Part shown: one piece after another, positions 54,756 through 64,000 of the stretch
Layout of the letters: the number at the start of each line of letters is the position of its first letter
Numbering within the stretch: position 1 is the stretch's first letter
Assembly (NCBI GenBank): GCA_964106915.2
Contig: OZ066917.1
Direction: 5' to 3' (one strand)
Source: Podarcis gaigeae
Lineage: Eukaryota
Length of the DNA: 64,000 nucleotides
Position numbers and translations under genes: made by a program
Notes under the pieces: model-generated
What the model saw: the letters and a program-made list of their open reading frames with translations, nothing else
Told to the model about the DNA's origin: nothing
The model's database searches: none

Positions 54756-55204
54756 CATACATGCAAGGGGGAACTCGCCCCCCTTGTGTAGAAGCTAAGT
54801 CTGCAGTCTGGTGCCTGGAACTACATCCTCGACTGCTGCTGTTAAACATGCATTACAATCTATGAAATATGAGGAAAAACAGGGTCTTGTACATATGTTT
54901 TTTGCAAATTTCTTTGTAGCATCAGTCTTCCTGTTTTACCCATGTCTCCTGCCATTCACATTTTGACTTTGTTTTATATGTCATTGGGATTTGTATATTT
55001 GCATTTTTTTAAAAAAGAGAAAAAATGAAGAGACTGCTGTATAGATAGGAAAACCTTTTTGCTTCATTAGTATAGTTTGAGTGTTATTTTTTAAAACATT
55101 TATTGGGAATGCTTGGACAAAGTTATGTTGAATCCAGAAGCACTATCCATTTGTTGGCCCGCCTAGCCTGATTCCCAGCGGCCATGCTTGCAGCAATTCA
55201 CCAG

Positions 55205-55230
55205 TGTGTGTGTGTGTGTGTGTGCGTGTG
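55205..55230. repeat. (TG)n microsatellite in the 3'UTR
   Basis: Direct reading. Confidence 0.9.
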
Positions 55231-56129
55231 GGGAGGGGGACATTTGTTCTTAGGAGGACCCCACTAACGACTCATAGCCCTATCTTCATTCATTATCCCA
55301 CTGCTACACTTTACCCCCTTACCCTTGCCTTTTTTACAGCACCACACAGAGTGAAATTACAGGTGGTCTAAATGTCTTAACATTTCACATAGTTAATAGT
55401 TGTGGAACAAAACAAAACAAAATAAAAATACACAACCCAGTCTGTATCACTTGGTTCACAATAACCACTATGGAGTATGTAGAAAGAAAAATAGGGTGTT
55501 ATGCTTTATTTTATGAGTTGGTTGTATTCCTTTTATATAAAGATAATAACATGCCGACTCTAATTCATTCAGTTCCTGAGAAAGTGTTGGATGTGTTTGT
55601 GACTCCCTCCCCCACTCCGTTTTTGGTTGGGACCAGTGGATCTCTTTCTTGCTTTAAATTCTTCAAATGAGATTATTTACATTCATCAGGCAAGTATGGC
55701 AATAGGCACTGAAGTGCACTAAACCCCGCAGAGATTTACGGTGATGGCTTCCAAACCAAAGGAAAGCAGAAGGACAATATCTAATATGGTTTGTCACATT
55801 GTATTACGAAAAAGTTGTCTTTTAAGAAGTATGAGAAAATTCTTTTGCAGCCGATTTGGAGTCCCCGTGTATATTAAAGTTTGGTCATTGCCTTTTCTTT
55901 TTGCTGATACATCCAGAATTTAGAATTCTTTATTATTCATTCTTATCTTTTTTTAAAAGAAGAAGAAGAAGCTTGTAGTAATAATTTAGAAGGTTTTTTT
56001 TTTAATTCCAAGGTTGTTTAAAGAAGATCTCAGGAGGTTGCAAAAGTAAATACCAACAAACATCAATATTTTATAAGAGAGTAATATTTAAATCAGACCC
56101 AGAAATGTTGGAAACAATTAATGTTATTG

Positions 56130-56140
56130 AATAAAATAAA
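56130..56140 (+). terminator. Candidate polyadenylation signal (overlapping AATAAAATAAA)
   Basis: Two overlapping AATAAA followed by T-rich sequence. Confidence 0.4.
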
Positions 56141-56904
56141 CTAGTTTTATTTTAAATGTATGATTTCATCTTTAAAAAGTTAAAGAAGGATCATGGAAAG
56201 TGGCTCTGGGAAACATTCTCTGCATAAACCTCAGGACTGTTTTTTTTGCCCACACAGAATTCAAGGAGAGTTTGTCATAGACATTAACGGAGCCAATTAA
56301 CTCCTCATTCACTGAATGTTAACACAGTCAGCATTAATCTCCATATTTACACATACTGATGCAATAGTCACATTACACATAAGAACCATGACAGGGAGGA
56401 ACAGTAGGATTGCTTTTCATATGGCACTAGCCTTTTGGGAGCACACTTCTAATGCTGATTAACTTACACCAGAACAGAATGTGACCTTTTTGTTTGTCTT
56501 GCACTCAAAATGCAACAATTTAACTGCTGGAAATGACTATTTGAAACTATTGAATTCACCGCAGATGGAGGGAGTTTCCTAAAGAGCTGACCAGTAACGG
56601 CTGCTATAATAGATACTGTGTGTTTTGTTTGACTGCCAAGTTATAGTTTGGTTTGGATAAGATGCAATGTGGTGAAACAATCTGTAACCTGCATTCTAGA
56701 GGTGCCTGTGGGCTTCAACCTGTACACTGGAAATATCCAGTCTCGTGTTGTAACTAGAAAGGAAACATCTGCAAGTCATATTCAAGAGCCTTTAGGATGT
56801 ATATAGACATTTATTTGCCTAACAATATTCATTTCTGTGACAGTTAACTCAGGTCCTTTTCTAATAATGTTATTTTGTTAGTATGTGCTCCCCACCACCA
56901 CCAA

Positions 56905-56951
56905 AATAAAAGCCTGGGCATGTGCCAAATAAATCACATCAAGCAAATAAA
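56905..56951 (+). terminator. Cluster of three AATAAA, candidate distal poly(A) site
   Basis: AATAAA at 56905, 56928 and 56946, with T/GT-rich sequence at about 56983-56993. Confidence 0.4.
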
Positions 56952-58695
56952 GCTGCCAGGACCAACAAAGCAGCTTTGCACATTTTGTTCTTTGAAAATG
57001 TAAGATGGCTATTATAGACACCTGCCAAGTACTGATGGAATTTAATGGCCTTTAATTAGATTCCAAATCTCAGACCTTTCCCCCTCCACTCTCCAAATTC
57101 CCAACAAAAGGTAAATCAGTGGAATGGCCTTTTCTTTTATATTTTTGAAGCTTAGATCTGAGTTGTGAAGTAACTGTAAAGCATTGCAGTATGACCACAG
57201 CTATGCTGTAGGTGTTAGCAGGTTTGGTTTCTCTTTTTTTTAAGGGGTTTTTTTTTGTTTTGTTTAAGTCTCACCAGGAATACTTTTCTTCTTCTATTTT
57301 TAATGTAGATTTAAGCACTTTGAATAGCATGATTCAGGGATTAATGGGTACTATTTGATATTCACACTACTTAAAGAAAAGATTTTCTTATAATGCTTTG
57401 TCATATTATTAAATAAAATCAAACAAATGAGAAAAGGAAGAGTATGTGAGATAAAGGCTCCAAATGGCTGGAGACCGCCATATTTGGCTTTAGAAACATT
57501 CCGCCCAAGTATTCCTCTTCTATAAACAGCTGTGCGAGAAACAGTAAAGGAACTGTCATATGTTCACGTACTCAATGTTTGACTAAAATTCTGTTAGAAC
57601 ACAAAATAAAAAGAAAAAAAAGTATTTGCCCTAGTTCCTGGGCTCTATCCTTTGTTTTTTACTGGGGAAGGAGGTGGTGGGAGAGAAGCATTCTGTGAAA
57701 GTTTGCATACAAAGCCATGTTAAAAGCTTATCCATAAAAGCACAGCACTTTGTTTGGAAAAAAAGTTCACAACCCAATGCAGAGCTAAGTGTGCTTACTT
57801 CTGTATCCACAAATCTGTTTTGGATTGTGATCAAATTCAACAGCACAATCACTGGGCAAACTTTGGCTCAAAATCCATAGCTAATATGGGGTCATATGGA
57901 TTATGTCAGTAATTGTGTGTTAAACCTCCTTAGTCCCTGACCATCCTTAACATGGAGCTACTATTCTCTGAAACAAGTGGCCATTCACCATCTGCTTTGA
58001 TTTTTCTCATCCTAAAGGGTCCAAGGTAAGTAGTAGGTATACTGCTAAATGGCCTTTTCATACCACCATTTTAAGGAAAATGTCACCATAAGGAGATGAT
58101 TATGGAAGCACTTACACACAATGTGTTGGATCTACAGTGACTTCCATAAATAAAATATAGCCCTTCCATTCATGGAAGCCATTAACATCTTGAGGAGGCT
58201 CTGCAGAAGAGTAAAGCTTTTTTTTAAAAAAAAAAAACTTATTCTCCCATCCTCCCATACCCTGCAGTACTTTTCATGTCACTCTAGGTCCCACAATCCC
58301 TCAAAACAGATAAGGGACACAGGGCACTGCAAGGGGAGGGAAGAGCTAGTTAAGATTGCCTGCTCTCAGCTTCCTCCAGCAAGAGGAGAATTCTGCTGAG
58401 TGTGAACCTGAATCCAATGTCCGGAAAAGTAAGGAGATCACTAAACTCATGGAAATTCTTCCACCTTAGTTATGTGAATAACCATTGTACCACTAATGCT
58501 GAAGACCCACAGAATTCTAACAGTACTTTTGCAGATGTATACATCTATTCTTAGTATCCAGCTGACAGAACCAAGCAGAGATCACTGGATACTAGATAGA
58601 TAACTGGACCATATACACTCTTATTCCTGTTACAATCTCGTCTTCTTTCTTTAATATTATGCATTAAATTCAATCATGTTTAGACCTAAGATATA

Positions 58696-58926
58696 CAGTG
58701 GTACTCAGTTTAAGAACAGTCCAGTTTAAGAACAATTTGGTTTACAAACTCCACAAAACCAGAAAGTGCCTTGGTTTTAGAACTTTACCTTGGTCTAAGA
58801 ACGGAATCCAAAGGGTGGAATGAGGCAGGAGGCCTCATTAGGGAAAGTGCACCTCAGTCTAAGAACAGTTTTGGTTTAAGAACGGACTTCCAGAACAGAT
58901 TAAGTTCGTAAACCTAGGTACCACTG
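58696..58926. mobile_element. Tigger/pogo-like MITE with duplicated right end (to 59006)
   Basis: TA-cagtggtac...ggtaccactg-TA; gtttaagaac repeats; 66-bp tandem duplication. Confidence 0.9.
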
Positions 58927-61157
58927 TATTGGCAGAATGGTTTAAGAACGGACTTCCAGAACAGATTAAGTTCGTAAACCTAGGTACCACTGTATTGGCA
59001 GAATGGACCTGACAAAGTCTTCGTTTTCCTTCTTTCTTTCTTTTATTTTAAGAGAAGCTGTATCCAGGTTTTAAAAGCATGATTGAAAATATGTGATGAT
59101 ATAGGCATTTTGGAATGGAAGAAGCATCTGACTCCTAGAAATATATAGCTAAGTTAAGCCACGGACTTCTACTGGAATGGAAGAGCACATCAACTTGGTA
59201 TGAGATGTGGCCTACAAGTGTACCAGCAGTGTTTGTAAATATTACTCTGCATTTTAGCAGAGCTGCCTCTTTGTATACTTGCTGCTGCTGACCAGAGATG
59301 CTGTGGGATGAACCACATTTGTTAATTCCGTCAGTCACCATGAAATACAACCCTTTCCAGTACATCATTTAGAGCAACTGCTTCAACTCTCATCCAAATC
59401 TCACTTACTGCTTATTGTAACACATTTCTACTCACTTTGGAACTCTTAGAGCAGGAATTAAATGAACATAGACAGTTTTGCAACACACAGTCTCTGCCTT
59501 CATAACACATTTCAATATCTTTAGCAGTTTGCTTGTAAAAAGCACTTGTTTCGAAGGAGAGCAAAGGAAAATACGCATCACATATCATTTTGGTAGCATG
59601 AAGGGATTTATCTGTCAAATATTAGAATGTTGTTATTCTTTTGAAGTTCTGAGCCAGGCTATAGCCACTGTAGATATTTTAGCTGCTTCACCATTCTCTC
59701 CCATCTTGCTATTCCAGAAACTCTGGAGAGAAAGACTAATATAAATCATTTGGTCCACTGTGGTTTTTTGTCATTCATTGTTTTAATGTGATCCTTAAAT
59801 TGGTCTCCCTCACAGTTTATATGGGGGGATAAAGCAAGAGATGACAGCTGCCCATAGCATTCAGGTTGACAAAATGTACCTTGGAAAAACCATAAAGGTA
59901 AGGTCATGCTAATGGGCAAGATCACTAAAAATAACCTTTGTTGTTAATCAGCTGCAACTGTGTAAACAGTTATCATGAAAACAGTTATCATGAAGTAAGT
60001 CAAAATCAAATCTTCATTATGGCCACAGGCCAGCATAAGGTAAAAGCACCTATATACAAAAGTAGAGCATGTTAAATAGGCGATAGGGCAACTATAGAAG
60101 GGGTACGCAAATACTCATTCTCTCAATTACAATAAACCAGGATGAGATTGAAACATATAAGGCACATAAATCAAGCACAATATAAATTTTTAGATTTAAA
60201 CCTTCAGTTTTAGACCTGTTGTCATAAAGTAAGATTTGTGTTTTAACAACAGTAATGAACTTTAAACAATTCATATACCACAACTACTGCAGGTTTTAAA
60301 CCCATAAGAAACAAATGACAAAATGACATTTCACCCTGACTGTTGGCCATGCTGCCTGGAGCTCCCACGATACTGGGAGTCTAAATAGGAGGGCCATTGG
60401 TTAACCACAGCTGCTCTAAAATTTGGGTAGCTTTGGAAACTTAAAAAAGAATAAACAATACTTTTCCCATTCAAAGATTTATTAGCTTCTAAAAGGCACT
60501 GCACCAATCCACAGAACTGAGAGAGAAGCGGAAGAATTGGTACACACCACTGTTGCCTCATTCTCACAGTATGGATTAAACTGGAAACTAAAGTGTGAAG
60601 GAGGAAAAAAGTCTCAGCTAAGTCCCAACCACTCTTCCAAATTGTCAACTAATTTTGTGAGAGACTTGTGAAGAAAATATCCACTTATGTATGGTGGTTT
60701 TTTGGGAGGGGGGCATCAAGCTGCACCTGAACACCTCCTTTACCCTGTCCTGGTTCATAGCTAACTGCCGATGGGCACCGTCACTGGTTTTACTTTAAAT
60801 AAACAAACAAAGACCCACTCTGCTACTGAAGGAGTAACAAAGCAGCACACCTGTCTTTCCTTCCACTAAAAATCTGTTCCTCGGTGGCAAAATGACACTA
60901 TTTGGTGCTGTCTGCCTGGAAGAAGGTATTCCAGAGCATCTGTCACTACATTGCTCCTTCCTGGACATCCCCAAGATGAGTAACTAGCCCTTGGAGCAAT
61001 GGCAAGGGAGAGGCAAGAGTTGTGGACATTTGCAGTCAAGTAAAGAAGGCTTTTGCTTGCTTTGGATCTGCTTGCGAGCAATAGAACAAAATATACTTTT
61101 TTCAAGACTTGTAACGTTCAGCTACTGAACATTAGTGAAGTACAGGACAGTCTGCAA

Positions 61158-61293
61158 CAAGCATCCCCAAGCTTCAGCCCTCCAGATGTTTTGGACTACA
61201 GTTCCCATCATCCCTGACCACTGGTCCTGTTAGCTAGGGATCATGGGAGTTGTAGGCCAAAACAACTGGAGGGCCACAGGTTAGGGATGCCTG
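61158..61293. mobile_element. Palindromic hAT MITE, CAGGCATCCC TIR variant
   Basis: Same core as the 15402 family; TSD gtctgcaa/gtctacaa. Confidence 0.9.
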
Positions 61294-62043
61294 GTCTACA
61301 ATCTGCATTGAGGCCACATTTCTCCTGTAGAAATCTAGCATATGGTGCAAGCCTCTACAAAGGTCCCTCAACCCTTGTGCCCCAATATTTTTTCTGGCAC
61401 TACCATGACATCTTAGGCTAGAATCACTTTGTGTGCAAAAATCCTTATAGCCACTGTTTCTCCACAAAGCAGTCTCAACAGGGCATGATATGCAGTGTAG
61501 AAGCAAAAGGCAGGGAAGCAATGCTTCCCTCTACAATCATCTTGCTTCCTACTCCAACTCTTGCTTCCAACTCCTGGCTCCCACCCTGGGATTCCAGCAC
61601 AAAGCAACAAGTGACCACATATGTTGTTTGTGTGCAACCTCACCTGGAAGCTACCCCACCTTTCTCCCATTTCCTTATGCTTGTGAAATGCATAGTGCTT
61701 ATGAGTGACATGCAGAATGTGAGGTGGTTCTTTGAAAACATTCCTGATTCATAGATAGCCCTGTTCTGTGCCTGAAAGGAACCTACTATTAGTATAATAA
61801 TATTAATTTAATATATTTTTCAAAGTATTTTGTTTTCTAGGAGCAGTTTAACCCCATCATACCTTAAGATATAATACTTTGTTCTTGTTCTCTATGTTAA
61901 CGACACTTGAAGTTAAGAAGATAGGTTAATAAAATTGACTGGAAGTTTACAAAATCATCAGCTTCCATTTTTAAGCTTCGTGCTTGTGTGTATGTTAATC
62001 TGTTTGTAATTATTCTATGTATAAATATGAAAACAAGCTACAA

Positions 62044-62176
62044 CAGGGGTAGGTGTGGCCCTCCAACTGTTGCTCTGCTGCGCCTCTGATCCTCCCTGAT
62101 CATTAGCCATGCTGGCTGGGCCTTTTGAGAGTTAGAGTACATCAGCCTGAAGAAAGACCCAGATTCCCCACCCCTG
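62044..62176. mobile_element. Older related hAT MITE (CAGGGGT TIR)
   Basis: caggggtagg...ccccacccctg; degenerate core; weak TSD. Confidence 0.55.
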
Positions 62177-64000
62177 GGCTATGGAATAAATAGTAAGAGG
62201 GGTTCAGCCTGAAATATTCCCAGTGATTCGCCCTCAAAAAGAGTATGATGATGCTAAAAAGATAGTGTTTCTCCCTGGAGGTAACAATTAATATACCCTT
62301 CCACAAGCATAATCTGCGTGAGCAAGATCATGCGGTGTACTTTCTCATCCACACTTTAAATAAAATAGCTCACGATTCTGAAGTTATCGTGGTAGCCGTT
62401 TCAGATGATTTGGCTTCTAATCAAAGGGATGTTTATTTTCTCAGCAGTCATGTATGCTGTTTTTGGAGGGGATGCTTTTCATTGTTTGACAGGTAAATTG
62501 CAGGGGGATATTTTAGGGACACCCTTCATAACAAGCTTAACAGGTGACCAGCAATGCACTTACAAGGCAGGTGGAGTGTTTGCCAGAGCTTTTGTTCTCT
62601 GAACAGTTTGCTGTAGCTGTAATTATGCACTTGGGGACACTTAGAAAGACAATTAAAACAATTAGCATTATACATGTAACTTAAGCATTACATTAGAATG
62701 CTTCACATTTATCTTCCTAACACCTAGAAAACATCGAATGGGAACAATTATACACATACTACAAAGTTATGGACGTACTACAAAACAATTATTCCCACAG
62801 CACCAAAGCAGGATAATCACACAGGTCTCTACTTTAAAGCAACAATCCCACTAAAGTCGAGTTAGCTCAGTTCAATTCTACCTCTATGGTCACTCCCAGA
62901 TGACCTGTTTAATTAGCATTCAACCTGAACTGTTTGCAGAGACATCAGCTATTTAATGAGTATTCAGCTAGAGCTGTTTGTGGGGAGATCAGATTACCAT
63001 GGGTCAAGCCACACTTTCCAATCTATTTTCCTGTCATTTTCCTTATTGCAAAAAGCCCACTCTTTTGGAGAAGTGGGTTTGCTTCTCACCGGGGTTCAGG
63101 TCAGATTTAATTACACAGATGGGATATGACCAAATCCCACCCCAAAATAGTGACAGCCTGGAAATGCCCTCAGTGGAATGCAGAACTTTGACAGACTTCT
63201 GCCATAGAAACACTGATGTGTAAACAGAAGGTGCTTATAGTCATAGCAATAAAGTTACCTGCTTTCCACAAAGAGATCTATAATAGAGTTTCATTCTCAA
63301 AAACCTGAACAATCCTATATCCAAAGAATATTTGTGTGTTTTTTTCAACTTCACGTAAATGCTGTCCAGTCTCTTGAGATTCAACAGCAGAAACATGCAA
63401 AGAGCACTGTGCATGTTTACACTTAATTCTGTAAAAACTAGTATCTTTTGGTTTGGCACCTGTGATCATGATGGAGTCATGGAGTCACATGACTTGCTGA
63501 AACAATTGCAACAGGCTTAATTTTTTGCATTTCTATCAACTTTTATTCCTAAGAATGCTGCACATGCTAGCAATATTTTAAAAAAAAAAAACCTTAATTT
63601 TTCCACAGCCAGGAAGGGAAAATGGTTGAGGAAACATACACCGTAAAGTAGGTAAAATATAGGGTTTCTTTCCATAAAATAAATAAAAGGTGAGTGCATA
63701 ATTTCAGAGCAGATAAACAAGGTGTATGTGCAGTTTTCTTTTTGATGTTACTCTTTTACTGGCAAAAATGCAAAGTTATCATGAGACATTAAGCTTTCCC
63801 CTCTTGCAAACTGAGACAAAAATAAAACAGTGCAAGTAAACTGTGTGTGAAAACTTTTTTTTAAAAAGCCAAATGACTGCCAGTATTAATTTTACAGAGT
63901 TGTTTTGAAAGCTGTTTGAATTGGCTACATTAGTGGCAGATTGTTCGCCAGCTCAACCCTATGATCCTATAGATCTCAGTGGCAACAAGATAAATTCAAA

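Larger units (their letters stand above)
54756..57610 (+). other. IL1RAPL1: IL1RAPL1 3'UTR (3' end uncertain)
   Basis: Follows the stop codon, AU-rich, no recognisable TE. AATAAA at 55421, 56130/56135, 56905, 56928, 56946, 57412 and 57605. Confidence 0.6.

Noticed and set aside
58861-59006. Repeat-spacer-like pattern suggesting CRISPR
   Set aside because: Only a two-copy tandem duplication of a MITE end in eukaryotic DNA; no unique spacers or cas genes.

Overview
Vertebrate genomic DNA, most likely a squamate (lacertid-like lizard, inferred only from repeat families). The window holds the 3' part of IL1RAPL1 on the + strand as five coding exons: 22127-22259, 23519-23664, 37236-37379, 48896-49066 and 54037-54755. 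They correspond to human exons 7-11 and encode Ig3, TM, TIR and the C-tail ending ETSISSVIW. All have canonical GT-AG sites and join in one frame. A TE-poor 3'UTR with several AATAAA signals follows. The rest is intron or 3' flank packed with transposon remnants: palindromic hAT MITEs with 8-bp TSDs, Tigger/pogo-like MITEs with TA TSDs, L2, CR1 and L1 fragments, a Penelope fold-back, a DIRS remnant, and a clean antisense solo LTR (50397-50727, TSD CTATT). There is a 132-N gap at 12389-12520. Nearly all other ORFs in the track are spurious. I cannot support a wholly new biological system. The best leads are a possible soluble IL1RAPL1 isoform by intron read-through, an intact-looking antisense LTR promoter with an ARE/AP-1 site, a modular MITE family with interchangeable TIRs, and several nested or duplicated TE structures. 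Comparisons to human IL1RAPL1 and to repeat consensus sequences are from memory, not from a search.
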